From a bacterium (GTDB lineage: Bacteria; UBA8248; JACPRG01; G963555815): a DNA stretch of 64,000 nucleotides. Both the position numbers and the translations under genes were made by a program. The stretch lies in the NCBI GenBank assembly GCA_965218795.1, contig OZ244653.1:384001-448000 (forward strand), written 5' to 3'. The notes beneath the pieces were generated by a model. The model did not search any database. It saw nothing but the letters and a program-made list of their open reading frames with translations, and was not told where the DNA came from. Numbering within the stretch: the stretch's first letter is position 1; every line of letters starts with the position of its first letter. Below are positions 9,774 through 19,558 of this stretch, in pieces.

Positions 9774-10592
9774 TCAACGCAGGGAGGCGCCCTGTTGGAC
9801 GGTTTGGGGGAGGCGAGAATACAATCGTCGGGCCCATCTTTGGTATCCGCTCTTGGGGTGCTCGCGGATGAGCTTTCGCAGCGCCGCGGCCGCCTTGGCG
9901 TATTCTTCCTCTCGCCGGTAGGAATCCGCCAGGTAATAAAGCGCGGCATCCACAGAGGGAGTCTTCGGATAAATTTTCAATATCCCCAGAAACCGGGGAA
10001 TCGCGGCCTGGTAGGTGGAGTTGTTGTAGTGGAATTTCCCGATGTCGTACTCCTTGCGGGCAAGCCGCACTTCCAGCTCCAATATCTTGGGTGCGGCTTC
10101 TGACACCAACAGACTGTTGGGGAATTGGCGGACCAATCGCCTGAAACTCTTCAGCGCATCCTCGGCCTGGGTCTGGTCCCGGTCAATATGGGCAAGCCGT
10201 CGATAATCACACATCGATAAGTAATAGAGCGAACGGGGGGTTTGGGGATTCACGGGATACAGCTGGACGAACTTTTCATATTGAAATTTGGCCTCTTGGT
10301 AATCCTTTGAGGCGAAGAACGAGTCCGCCAGGCTCAAGAGCGCCTCACTGCGCAGATTGCTCTCCGGGTATTCCTGCAGAATTTTGTTGAAGGCCTCACG
10401 AGCCTGGTCAAAATTCTTATCCCGCATACTTTCCCGGCCAAGGACTATCAGGTCGCCGGGAGAAGAATCATCCTGCGGCGCCCTGCGCGCCGAGCACCCC
10501 GCTGCGACGAGAAGGACGCAAAGAAGCGGAAATAATAAAAATGAGATTCGGTCATGTAACGAACGGTGGGTCCAACGCTGACCATTGTGCAT
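9774..10592 (-). CDS. bamD: outer membrane protein assembly factor BamD (TPR lipoprotein)
   Basis: Lipobox AAGC, TPR repeats, DRDQT motif. Confidence 0.88.
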   Translation of the reverse strand: MHNGQRWTHRSLHDRISFLLFPLLCVLLVAAGCSARRAPQDDSSPGDLIVLGRESMRDKNFDQAREAFNKILQEYPESNLRSEALLSLADSFFASKDYQEAKFQYEKFVQLYPVNPQTPRSLYYLSMCDYRRLAHIDRDQTQAEDALKSFRRLVRQFPNSLLVSEAAPKILELEVRLARKEYDIGKFHYNNSTYQAAIPRFLGILKIYPKTPSVDAALYYLADSYRREEEYAKAAAALRKLIREHPKSGYQRWARRLYSRLPQTVQQGASLR

Positions 10593-10778
10593 TCTTTCGG
10601 CCGCTCCATCGAGATTGTTCCGCCACGTCTGAAGCCCAACCCTTTAGGGACGAAAAAACTTTATTTCATCATTTGCATGGTATTCTCCCGAACCGATACC
10701 GTCAAGGGATTTACCAATGATCGGTCATCGGATTGGCCCCTTGACCGGGGAGAGGCTTTATGACAACGTACGCCTGCC

Positions 10779-11045
10779 ATGGAAATCGAGGATTTCAGAA
10801 GAGAAATTGACGCCCTGGACAGCGAAATCGTTGAATTGATTAACCGGCGGGCGGAGATTGGGCTGAAAATAGGAGAGGTCAAACGGCTCCAGGGACAACC
10901 CATCCGAGTCCCCGGGCGTGAAGCCGAAGTCCTGGAGAGAATTTCCTCAATGGCCGGTGGACCCCTGTCTGCTGATGCGGTCAAGCGAATTTTCTCCCGG
11001 ATCATTGAAGAAATCCGTGCGCTCGAAGAGACAAATTCCGACTGA
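10779..11045 (+). CDS. aroQ: chorismate mutase type II (standalone AroQ)
   Basis: RREIDALDSEIVELINRRA...IGEVK...P.REAEVL. Confidence 0.85.
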   Translation: MEIEDFRREIDALDSEIVELINRRAEIGLKIGEVKRLQGQPIRVPGREAEVLERISSMAGGPLSADAVKRIFSRIIEEIRALEETNSD

Positions 11046-11121
11046 TGGGGAACCGGTTTTGCCCAGGAGCGCCATTCCTTCCAAACCACTCCCCGATATC
11101 CTTGACTGGGTCAAATGAAAC

Positions 11122-11150
11122 TTGACATTGGATTTCGCTGCCTGTAACTT
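11122..11150 (+). promoter_or_regulatory. sigma70 promoter of atp F0 operon
   Basis: TTGACA-N17-TAACTT. Confidence 0.65.
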
Positions 11151-11157
11151 CCTTGGC

Positions 11158-11175
11158 TTGTGAAAAATTGAACAT
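11158..11175 (+). promoter_or_regulatory. putative Rex operator
   Basis: TTGTGAA-AAAT-TGAACAT vs consensus TTGTGAA-N4-TTCACAA (11/14), at the predicted +1; rex lies downstream. Confidence 0.55.
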
Positions 11176-11196
11176 GATCATTGGGGGTCTTGGGTT

Positions 11197-11535
11197 GTGA
11201 GCCCCGGTCAGAGGCTGGATTCGTCTTCTGCGCGAAGCCCGAAAGACCGGGCGAAACCGGGCGAAACGGCAACGGAGCGGGAACCCGTCCGGGATCGCAG
11301 CTTCAGCCAGTGGGGTGACCTGCTGTCGATGGGATGGAATTTCGCCTGCTCCATCGGCGTCGGGTTGGCGCTGGGAATCCTGTTCGATAAATATCTAGAG
11401 ACAAGGCCCTGGGGGACGATGTCTTTCCTTCTCCTGGGCATCGCTTCAGGTTTTGTCAACCTCTTTCGAGTCGCTCGCCGATTGGATCAGGAACGTGACT
11501 CAAAAGATGAGAAAAGAGAAACATCGACCCAGTGA
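11197..11535 (+). CDS. atpZ: AtpZ/AtpI family (ATPase gene 1) protein
   Basis: Two TM helices, G..FD.YL.T.PWG...LLLGIASGFVNL; first gene of atp operon. Confidence 0.8.
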   Translation: MSPGQRLDSSSARSPKDRAKPGETATEREPVRDRSFSQWGDLLSMGWNFACSIGVGLALGILFDKYLETRPWGTMSFLLLGIASGFVNLFRVARRLDQERDSKDEKRETSTQ

Positions 11536-11917
11536 CGGGATTCTGGTCGGTGTGGAATGGCGTGGATGGCTGCTGTCGCTCTTCGCCTCGGTGATCGCCC
11601 TCCTCTTCGGGAATTTCAGCGCGGCGCTCGGTCTGTTGTTGGGCGGGGCCCTGGCGATGTTGAATTTCCGGGGGATAAGGATTTATTTTGGGCGCGTTTT
11701 ACGAAAGGGTCGCCGACCGCCTTGGTGGATGCACGGGTTCTATTGGGCGAAGTTCGGGTTGATGGCGCTCATCCTGGCGGGAGCCTTCCGGCTCTGGGAA
11801 CCCCATCCGATCGGCGTCATCGGCGGGTTCTCTGTCTTGGTGATTGCGCTCATCTGGTCGGGCCTGAGGGCGCCCCGGAACGTGCAGGACGAATTGGTTC
11901 CTTCAACGGAGGTTTGA
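11507..11917 (+). CDS. atpI: ATP synthase protein I
   Basis: Four TM helices, GLLLGGALAMLNF, upstream of atpB. Confidence 0.75.
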   Translation: MRKEKHRPSDGILVGVEWRGWLLSLFASVIALLFGNFSAALGLLLGGALAMLNFRGIRIYFGRVLRKGRRPPWWMHGFYWAKFGLMALILAGAFRLWEPHPIGVIGGFSVLVIALIWSGLRAPRNVQDELVPSTEV

Positions 11918-11927
11918 GGACTCGGGC

Positions 11928-12608
11928 ATGAAAGAGCCCTTCATGTATTTTCATATTCCGGCTTTGCCGCTCCACGTGACCTATACTTGGATTCTCATGG
12001 TCATCCTCGTCGGGGCCGCGCTGCTCATACGTCGCTCTCTGAAGACGGTGCCCTCGGGCGGCCAAAATGTATGCGAAGCCATGTTCGGCGGGATCCTCAA
12101 CTTCATCGAGAGCGTCATGGGGCATGAGGGGCGGAAGTACTTTCCGCTGTTGGCGACCCTGGGCATCTTCATTTTTGCGGCCAATCTCTTTGGCCTGGTT
12201 CCGGGAATGTTCTCGCCGACGACCAGTATCAATACAACGGCTTCTTGCGCCCTCACGGTCTTCTTCATGACCCATTACCTGGGCTTCAAAACGCACGGCT
12301 TTGGGTATGTCAAGCAGTTCACGGGGCCCATTTGGTGGCTGGCGCCTTTGATGTTCGTCATCGAGCTGATTGGCCATCTGGCCAGACCCCTGTCCCTTTC
12401 GGTTCGCTTATTCGGCAATCTGTTTGCCAAGGAGCAGGTGCTCGTGAACATCATCGTGCTCGGGATTGTCTTCAAGTTTTTCCTCCTGCCCATGCTTTTC
12501 CCCTCATTAATGATTGTGTTCGCTATCTTTTTGGGGTTCATTCAGGCCTTCGTGTTCGTATTGTTGTCCATGATCTATCTGGGTGGTGCTTTGCAAGAGC
12601 ATCATTGA
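11928..12608 (+). CDS. atpB: F0F1 ATP synthase subunit a
   Basis: RPLSLSVRLFGN, FIQAFVF. Confidence 0.95.
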   Translation: MKEPFMYFHIPALPLHVTYTWILMVILVGAALLIRRSLKTVPSGGQNVCEAMFGGILNFIESVMGHEGRKYFPLLATLGIFIFAANLFGLVPGMFSPTTSINTTASCALTVFFMTHYLGFKTHGFGYVKQFTGPIWWLAPLMFVIELIGHLARPLSLSVRLFGNLFAKEQVLVNIIVLGIVFKFFLLPMLFPSLMIVFAIFLGFIQAFVFVLLSMIYLGGALQEHH

Positions 12609-12630
12609 TCTTGACGGAAAGGAGAGTTTG

Positions 12631-12987
12631 ATGAATCGACAGCTGTTGGCCGTCATTCTTTTGGTGGGCGCCGCCCTCCTGTTCGGAAGCGAGCTCGCTT
12701 GGGCCGCTGAGAAAGGGGGAGCGAGCGCGGATAAGATGACCTACTTCCTGGTGGCTGCATTCAGTTGCATGTTTGGACTGGGAATCGCGGCGATCGGGGG
12801 CGCTGCGGCTCAGGGCAAGGGAATCGCAAGCGCCCTGGATGGAATGGCGAGAAATCCAGGTGCGGCCGGCGATATCCGGACCTCCCTGATCATCGGTCTG
12901 GCCCTGATCGAGTCTCTCGTGATCTATGTCCTCCTGGTCGCCATCATCTTGTTGTTAGTCGACCCGTTCGCTCTATTGGTCAAGTAA
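12631..12987 (+). CDS. atpE: F0F1 ATP synthase subunit c with N-terminal signal-like extension
   Basis: GLGIAAIGGAAAQG, ARNP loop, LALIESLVIY. Confidence 0.93.
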   Translation: MNRQLLAVILLVGAALLFGSELAWAAEKGGASADKMTYFLVAAFSCMFGLGIAAIGGAAAQGKGIASALDGMARNPGAAGDIRTSLIIGLALIESLVIYVLLVAIILLLVDPFALLVK

Positions 12988-12996
12988 ATCGTTGGC

Positions 12997-13029
12997 GGGA
13001 CGGGAGACTTCAGCCGGGTCTCCCGTCCC
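12997..13029 (+). other. 12-bp stem-loop after atpE (mRNA stabiliser or terminator-like)
   Basis: GGGACGGGAGAC / GTCTCCCGTCCC perfect inverted repeat, no long U tract. Confidence 0.6.
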
Positions 13030-13132
13030 CATTTCGATGAGCCGGCCCATTGGGTGAAGGCCACTGACGGACCGCGGGGTCAATCTCGGCCGGTCGTCCC
13101 GGGCCTCCTTGTCCATAGTCCCTTGTGGCGCC

Positions 13133-13924
13133 ATGAAGTCTTCTTCCGCTCAAGCATCGAAACGGTCCGCCGAAAAGGGGAAGTTGAAGAGCGGAACCTC
13201 TCCCCGCCTTTTCGGAGCCCCGAATAGTCCGAAGAATCGGGACCGTAGCTCTCAGACTATCAAGACAGAACATATCCCGGAGGCGACGATTCATCGCCTG
13301 TCGGTTTACGGGCGGGTTCTCCATTTGATGGATGATGAAGGGCTGAGCATTGTTTCTTCCGCCGCTCTGGCGGGTCGATGCGGGTTCAATCCCGCCCAGA
13401 TTCGCAAGGACCTGGCCTATTTCGGAGAATTTGGTATCCGGGGGGTGGGGTACCGGGTACGGGAATTGCGGGACGCGCTGCGTCAGATCATGGGCGTCGC
13501 CAGAAGCTGGAAGGTGGCGCTGATCGGCGCCGGAAACCTCGGCTCGGCCCTAATGGCCTATCAGGGATTCTCCCGACACGGTTTTGAGTTTGCGGCTGTA
13601 CTTGACAAGTACCCATCGCGAACCCGGAGAGGACGAATGAAAAATCAGGAGGTCCTGCCGATGGACTTCCTGGTGGATGTCGTCCGCGATCGGGGGATCC
13701 AGATCGGAATCATCGCTGTTCCGGCGGAGAACGCGCAGGAAGTGGCCGACCGACTGGTCGCAGCGAAGGTCAGCGCCATCCTCAATTTCGCTCCGAGTCG
13801 AATTTCCGTTCCTCCGAACGTCAAACTTCGAAACGTCGACCTCGGCCTCGAATTGGAAGGACTGGCTTATTATCTGACCCAAGATGAGCGAAATCCCCCC
13901 AATAAGACCCAAGAGGGCCGATGA
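13133..13924 (+). CDS. rex: redox-sensing transcriptional repressor Rex (start uncertain)
   Basis: IPEATIHRLSVY, QIRKDLAYFGEFGIRGVGY, GAGNLGSAL, ILNFAP. Confidence 0.95.
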   Translation: MKSSSAQASKRSAEKGKLKSGTSPRLFGAPNSPKNRDRSSQTIKTEHIPEATIHRLSVYGRVLHLMDDEGLSIVSSAALAGRCGFNPAQIRKDLAYFGEFGIRGVGYRVRELRDALRQIMGVARSWKVALIGAGNLGSALMAYQGFSRHGFEFAAVLDKYPSRTRRGRMKNQEVLPMDFLVDVVRDRGIQIGIIAVPAENAQEVADRLVAAKVSAILNFAPSRISVPPNVKLRNVDLGLELEGLAYYLTQDERNPPNKTQEGR

Positions 13925-13937
13925 AGGGTACGCTCGT

Positions 13938-14654
13938 TTGTCTCTGATCTTGGGAATCGATACTGCGGATGTCGTCGGTTCGGTTGCTCTGGTCGCCGAT
14001 GGCGACAAGGTTGGACTCTCAACCTTTCATATCCCCCCGACGTACGCTGAGAACCTCGCCCGAAAGATCGCTCGCCTCCTGAAAAAGGCTGATGTGGCAG
14101 CTTCCGATCTGGCTGGGGTTGCCGTTTCCTCGGGTCCTGGTTCCTTTACCGGTCTTAGAATCGGGATTAGCACGGCTTTGGGAATGACGGCCGCGCTGGG
14201 AATTCCCATTGTCGGCGTGGAAACGCTTCCAGCCTGGGCAACCGCAATGGGCCGACGAAGCGAGCTCCTTTGCCCTGTCTTGACCGCCGGAAACGGTTTG
14301 ATATTTTTTGCGTTGTTCCAATGGGAGGATGCGGGACCCGTTCGGCTCACAGAGGACTCGGTCCTGGAACCGGAGGAATTGTGCCAAAGGATTGACCGTC
14401 CGACCCTTGTCTGGGGAGGCGGAGCCGAGCGCTCTCACGACATGTTTGACTCGGAAGCCGGACGAGGTCTGCGTTTGATCCCTCGGGGACAGTGGCCTTT
14501 GGCGGCGGCAGAGGTGGCCATTGCCGCAGAGTATCGGATACGAACCGGGGCGGGCGACCCGCCCGCCGGGTTTCAACCCCGATACGTCCGTGAAGCTGAG
14601 GCTCGGGTACAATGGCGACGGCGGTATGCCGGGGAGCATTCGGAGGGTCTTTGA
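13938..14654 (+). CDS. tsaB: t6A biosynthesis protein TsaB
   Basis: LGIDT, GPGSFTGLRIG, P.YVR..EA. Confidence 0.9.
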   Translation: MSLILGIDTADVVGSVALVADGDKVGLSTFHIPPTYAENLARKIARLLKKADVAASDLAGVAVSSGPGSFTGLRIGISTALGMTAALGIPIVGVETLPAWATAMGRRSELLCPVLTAGNGLIFFALFQWEDAGPVRLTEDSVLEPEELCQRIDRPTLVWGGGAERSHDMFDSEAGRGLRLIPRGQWPLAAAEVAIAAEYRIRTGAGDPPAGFQPRYVREAEARVQWRRRYAGEHSEGL

Positions 14655-14737
14655 AGGGTGATAAAATAAGAACTTTCATTCTTCTTGTGAACTCCATATA
14701 TTGGTTCTTTAACCTCGACGAAGATGAGGAGAGCAGC

Positions 14738-14986
14738 ATGAGTGATAGTGAAGGAGAGCAGGAGCTGATCGATGCGATTCGTCAGACCGATCCGGAATTT
14801 GCACGGTTGGCTGATCAGCATACGGAATTGGACCAAAAAATTCTGCAGATGGAGACTCGCGCCCACTTGACGGCCGGGGAAGCAATGGAAATCAAGCAGC
14901 TGAAGAAGTTGAAGCTGAAGGCCAAAGACGAGATTGCGCAGATTTTGAAAAAACATCAAACACAATCATCCAATCCGGCCGGCTGA
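14738..14986 (+). CDS. DUF465/YdcH family protein
   Basis: EFARLADQHTELDQKI...LKKLKLKAKDEI; GAGGAG RBS. Confidence 0.85.
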   Translation: MSDSEGEQELIDAIRQTDPEFARLADQHTELDQKILQMETRAHLTAGEAMEIKQLKKLKLKAKDEIAQILKKHQTQSSNPAG

Positions 14987-15036
14987 GTCGGTCGGAATCA
15001 GGCAAGGCCAAAGGCTGAATTTTCGGAGCCGCAGGG

Positions 15037-16767
15037 ATGAGCGAGCGGTTGATCGGGGCGGAAATTTTCGTGAAGTGTCTGGACGCTGAGGGCGTGAAGC
15101 ACGTCTTCGGATATCCGGGAGCGACACTGTTGCCCGTTTACCGAATGATGGAGAGGTACTCGATTCGGCACATCCTGACGAGACACGAGGCCGGCGCGGT
15201 CCATGCCGCAGAAGGCTATGCGCGGGCGTCGGGCCAAGTGGGGGTCTGCCTCACCACGTCCGGTCCCGGGGCCACCAATCTTGTGACCGGCATTACAGAC
15301 GCGTTTATGGACTCGGTCCCTCTGGTGGCTTTTACCGGTCAGGTCCCATCCGACATGATCGGCAATGACGCTTTCCAGGAGGCGGACATCGTCGGAATCA
15401 CCCGGACAATCACCAAGCACAATTACATGGTGAACAACGTGGGGGATTTGGCTCGTGTCCTCAAGGAGGCATTCCACATTGCGAGTTCCGGCCGCCCGGG
15501 GCCTGTTTTGGTGGATCTTCCCAAGGACATCCTCGTAGCCAAGGCGGAATTCCAATATCCCGAACGGGTGGAGTTGCGTTCCTACAAGCCCATCGTGACG
15601 GGTCACGGGCGCCAGGTCCGCCGCGTGGCCGAAGCCATCAAAGAGGCTGAGCGGCCTGTGATATACGCGGGAGGGGGCGTCATCATCTCCGGGGCCTCCG
15701 ATGAACTTCGAAAGGTGGCAGAGAAGACCCAGACCCCGGTGACTCTTACGCTGATGGGTCTCGGGGGGTTCCCGGGCGACAATCCTCTGTTCATCGGAAT
15801 GCTCGGTATGCACGGGACGGCCTATGCGAATTATGCCGTTGCGAATTGCGACCTGTTGATTGCCGTCGGAGCGCGCTTTGATGATCGTGTGACAGGGAAG
15901 CTCAATGGTTTCGCCCCCCATGCGCGGATCGTTCATATCGATATCGACCCGACATCCATCAGCAAGAACGTCAAGGTGGATATTCCGGTTGTCGGGGATG
16001 CGCGAAATATTCTCAGGGAGTTGAACAAGATCGCTCCTCGCAGGCGGAGCAAGACTTGGCTGAAGCAGATTCTCGATTGGAAGGCGCAGCACCCTCTCGA
16101 CATGGAGGAGCGGCCGAAAGAGATCAAGCCGCAGCATGCCATCCGTGCTCTATGGGAGGTCTGCGACGAGGAGACTATCATCACGACCGATGTGGGACAG
16201 CATCAGATGTGGGCGGCCCAATATTATGCTGTCAAAAAGCCGCGTACATTCATCTCATCCGGCGGTCTTGGGACGATGGGCTTCGGGTTTCCGGCCGCTT
16301 TGGGGGCCCAGGTGGCAAAACCGGACCGGCAGGTGGTGGCCATCCTGGGGGATGGGGGATTCCAGATGGCCGTCTATGAGATGGCGACGGCCATTCAATA
16401 CGGCTTGCCCGTCAAAGTATTCGTCCTCAACAATTTCTTTCTCGGCATGGTCCGTCAGTGGCAGGACCTGTTCTGGGAAAAGGAATACCTGAATACGGAT
16501 CTAGCGGTGAACCCGGATTTCGTCAAACTGGCCGAGGCTTACGGAGCCACGGGTCTGGTCATCGACAAACCCGCTCATTTGAAGGCGGAACTGGAGCAAG
16601 CCTTGAAAATGCCGGGACCGGTCGTCATCGATTGTCGCGTCAGCAAAGAGGAAAACGTATTTCCCATGGTGCCGGCCGGAGGCGGCATGGGGGACATGAT
16701 CCTGTCCCGAACGGAACTGAAAAAAACCGGGGGGAAGCGAAGCCGCAAAAAGGCGGCGGCGAGCTGA
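15037..16767 (+). CDS. ilvB: acetolactate synthase large subunit (copy 1)
   Basis: FGYPG, RHEAGAVHAAEGY, TSGPGATN, GQHQMW, GDGGFQM. Confidence 0.95.
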   Translation: MSERLIGAEIFVKCLDAEGVKHVFGYPGATLLPVYRMMERYSIRHILTRHEAGAVHAAEGYARASGQVGVCLTTSGPGATNLVTGITDAFMDSVPLVAFTGQVPSDMIGNDAFQEADIVGITRTITKHNYMVNNVGDLARVLKEAFHIASSGRPGPVLVDLPKDILVAKAEFQYPERVELRSYKPIVTGHGRQVRRVAEAIKEAERPVIYAGGGVIISGASDELRKVAEKTQTPVTLTLMGLGGFPGDNPLFIGMLGMHGTAYANYAVANCDLLIAVGARFDDRVTGKLNGFAPHARIVHIDIDPTSISKNVKVDIPVVGDARNILRELNKIAPRRRSKTWLKQILDWKAQHPLDMEERPKEIKPQHAIRALWEVCDEETIITTDVGQHQMWAAQYYAVKKPRTFISSGGLGTMGFGFPAALGAQVAKPDRQVVAILGDGGFQMAVYEMATAIQYGLPVKVFVLNNFFLGMVRQWQDLFWEKEYLNTDLAVNPDFVKLAEAYGATGLVIDKPAHLKAELEQALKMPGPVVIDCRVSKEENVFPMVPAGGGMGDMILSRTELKKTGGKRSRKKAAAS

Positions 16768-16809
16768 ATCTTTCGGCCGACCCCGAACACATCCAGGAGG
16801 ACTCCGACC

Positions 16810-18489
16810 GTGCAGAAACTCGGCTCGGAAATCGTTATTGAGGAATTGAAAAAGCAGGGAGTGGAAGTCAGCTTTGGTATGCCCGGAGGCACCATCATGC
16901 CTCTCTACGATTCTCTCTACCAAAGCGAGATCAAACACATCCTGATCCGCCACGAGCAGGGGGCCGCCATGGCCGCCGACGGCTACGCGCAGGCGACCGG
17001 GAAGGTGGGCGTCTGCATGGCCACCTCCGGGCCGGGGGCCATCAATCTGCTGACAGGTCTGATGCATTCCCTGATGGACTCAGTCCCGATTGTCGCCCTG
17101 ACCGGACAGGTTCCGACTACGATGATCGGCAGCGACGCCTTTCAGGAAGCCGACGTTTACGGCATGAGCATCCCCTGTACGAAGTACAACTACCTGGTGA
17201 AGGACATCACCGAGCTGCCCAAGGTCATTCGAGAGGCTTTTCACATCGCCCGATCCGGCCGGCCGGGCCCCGTGCTCATTGATATACCGAAAGACATCCA
17301 GGTCGGGACGGGCGAGTATGAACCCGATGCGACTTATGAACACTCTTTGATGGACTACCAGCCGCCCCTGGAAGTCGATCCGGAAGGAATCGCCCGGATG
17401 TGCGAGGTGATCCGCAATGCCAGGCGGCCGGTCATCTATGCAGGGCATGGGATTGTGCTATCCGGTTGTTCCGACCTGCTGCGTCAGTTCGTCCGGAAAA
17501 CTCGAATCCCCATCACGACGACACTGCTCGGACTCGGGATCTTTCCGCTCTCGGATCCCCTGTGTTTGGGAATGCCAGGAATGCATGGCAGCCACACGGT
17601 CAATTACGCCCTGTCCGAGACAGACTGCTGTATCGCGCTCGGTGTCCGGTTTGACGACCGCGTCACGGGCGATGTCCGCAAGTTTGCCTCGAAGGCGACC
17701 ATCTGTCACGTTGATATCGACGCCGCAGAAATCGGCAAACGGGTCAGGCCCCAGGTTTCCCTCCACGCGGACGTGGGGGCGGCCTTGGAAGCCCTCCTGC
17801 GGGAAGTGGACCCCGGCGACTACTCTGCTTGGCGGGAGGATCTCTCCGAAACAGATCGCCGCTACCCGCTCAAGTACAACTGGGACGGGACCGTCAAACC
17901 CCAGTATTTCCTGGAGCAGTTGTTCGAGATTGCGGGGACCGACCTCATCATGTCGACCGGCGTGGGACAGCATCAAATGTGGGCGGCCCAGTTCTATCCC
18001 TTTGACAGCCCTCGGCGCTGGCTGACCTCGGGCGGACTGGGTGCAATGGGGTATGGACTACCGGCGGCCATCGGAGCGCAGGTGGCTTTTCCGGATAGTT
18101 TGGTGATCAACCTGGACGGGGATGGAAGCTTCCAGATTAACATCCAGGAGCTGGCCACCATCGACCAGTATGACCTGCCCGTGAAGACGATTATCCTGAA
18201 CAACCAGTATCTGGGCATGGTCCGTCAATGGCAGGAATTCTTTTTTGAGAGGCGATATTCCGAGAGCTACTACACGCGCAATCCGGATTTTGCCAAGGTG
18301 GCGGAGGGGTTCGGAATCCGCGGTATGCGCATCAAGGAAGTGGACCAGGTCCGCCCTGTCCTGGAAGAAGCGCTCTCCCATGATGGACCGGTGGTCCTGG
18401 ATGTCTTTATCAATCAGGAAGAAAACGTCCTGCCCATGGTTCCCTCGGGAGCGGGCCTCATGGAGATGATCGAGGAGAATTACGGCTGA
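16810..18489 (+). CDS. ilvB: acetolactate synthase large subunit (copy 2)
   Basis: RHEQGAAMAADGY, TSGPGAIN, GQHQMW, GDGSFQ, GMVRQWQ. Confidence 0.95.
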   Translation: MQKLGSEIVIEELKKQGVEVSFGMPGGTIMPLYDSLYQSEIKHILIRHEQGAAMAADGYAQATGKVGVCMATSGPGAINLLTGLMHSLMDSVPIVALTGQVPTTMIGSDAFQEADVYGMSIPCTKYNYLVKDITELPKVIREAFHIARSGRPGPVLIDIPKDIQVGTGEYEPDATYEHSLMDYQPPLEVDPEGIARMCEVIRNARRPVIYAGHGIVLSGCSDLLRQFVRKTRIPITTTLLGLGIFPLSDPLCLGMPGMHGSHTVNYALSETDCCIALGVRFDDRVTGDVRKFASKATICHVDIDAAEIGKRVRPQVSLHADVGAALEALLREVDPGDYSAWREDLSETDRRYPLKYNWDGTVKPQYFLEQLFEIAGTDLIMSTGVGQHQMWAAQFYPFDSPRRWLTSGGLGAMGYGLPAAIGAQVAFPDSLVINLDGDGSFQINIQELATIDQYDLPVKTIILNNQYLGMVRQWQEFFFERRYSESYYTRNPDFAKVAEGFGIRGMRIKEVDQVRPVLEEALSHDGPVVLDVFINQEENVLPMVPSGAGLMEMIEENYG

Positions 18490-18490
18490 C

Positions 18491-18997
18491 ATGAGGCAAA
18501 TGCTATCCATCCGGGTGCGGAACCATCCCGGCGTCCTCTCCCATGTTGCCGGACTTTTCACGCGGCGTGCCTTTAATATCGAGAGCATTGCGGCCGGACC
18601 GACCGAAGACCCGGATATCACGCGGATTCATCTGGTGGCACAGGGTGACGAGAGCCAACTGGCCCAGGTGACCAAGCAGATCCGAAAGCTTATCGACGTT
18701 CTGGAGGTGGAACCGCTCTCCTATGCGGGTGCCGTGACGCGGGAACTCGCCCTGATTACGGTTTACTCCACCCACGAAACCCGCCGGGACATTCTGTTGG
18801 TGTGCCAGGCCCTGGACGCCCGGGTGGTGGATATCTCCTCCAAGGTCATCACCCTAGAGCTGACCGGGAACGAGCGCCAGATCAGCAATGCTATCCGAAT
18901 GATGGAGCGGTTCGGCATCAAGCATATCGCCCGGACCGGCATGATCGCCCTTCCTTTCGAGAGTATTACGGAGGAGGGACGGGAAATCATGAGTTGA
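18491..18997 (+). CDS. ilvN: acetolactate synthase small subunit (partner of copy 2)
   Basis: [26 protein letters not shown] domain. Confidence 0.92.
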   Translation: MRQMLSIRVRNHPGVLSHVAGLFTRRAFNIESIAAGPTEDPDITRIHLVAQGDESQLAQVTKQIRKLIDVLEVEPLSYAGAVTRELALITVYSTHETRRDILLVCQALDARVVDISSKVITLELTGNERQISNAIRMMERFGIKHIARTGMIALPFESITEEGREIMS

Positions 18998-19001
18998 GGG
19001 G

Positions 19002-19508
19002 ATGAGCGGATCCCCCACACGGCATACCATCGCCGTACTGGTCGAAAACCGGTTCGGCGTCCTGGCGCGCGTGGCAGGTCTGTTCAGCGCCAGGGGATAC
19101 AACATCGAGAGCCTCTCCGTCGGGGAGACCCAGGAATCCGGGGTTTCCCGGATGACCATCGTCACCTCGGGTGACGATTTCATCATCGAGCAGATCATCA
19201 AACAGCTTCATCGACTGATCGACGTCATCAAGATTGTCGATCTGACCGATGAGTCTCACGTCGATCGTGAGATGGTCCTCATCAAAGTGAACGCCGGCGC
19301 CGCGGTTCGTGCTGAGGTTCTCCGAATCGCTGATATCTTCCGCGCCAAAGTGGTCGACGTATCGGCCAAGACGTACACCATCGAGGTGACTGGAGACGAG
19401 GGGAAGATCAGCGCCATTCTCGAACTCCTCCGACCGATCGGCGTCAAGGAAATCGCCCGGACGGGAAAAGTGGCCCTCTCCCGGGGAAACAAGACGCTCA
19501 AAGCATGA
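19002..19508 (+). CDS. ilvN: acetolactate synthase small subunit
   Basis: [30 protein letters not shown]. Confidence 0.95.
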   Translation: MSGSPTRHTIAVLVENRFGVLARVAGLFSARGYNIESLSVGETQESGVSRMTIVTSGDDFIIEQIIKQLHRLIDVIKIVDLTDESHVDREMVLIKVNAGAAVRAEVLRIADIFRAKVVDVSAKTYTIEVTGDEGKISAILELLRPIGVKEIARTGKVALSRGNKTLKA

Positions 19509-19558
19509 GGCTCGCGGGATCCCCTCCGTCCGCCTGAATCCGGAAAGGAATATCGTTC

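Noticed and set aside
11102-11114. TTGAC-TGG-GTCAA palindrome as an FNR box
   Set aside because: Spacer is 3 nt rather than 4 and the half-sites deviate from TTGAT.
12631-12987. Na+-translocating ATP synthase
   Set aside because: The c subunit has Q...ES-L..Y without the Thr of the full Na+ signature; the same pattern occurs in H+-coupled enzymes, so it is not diagnostic.
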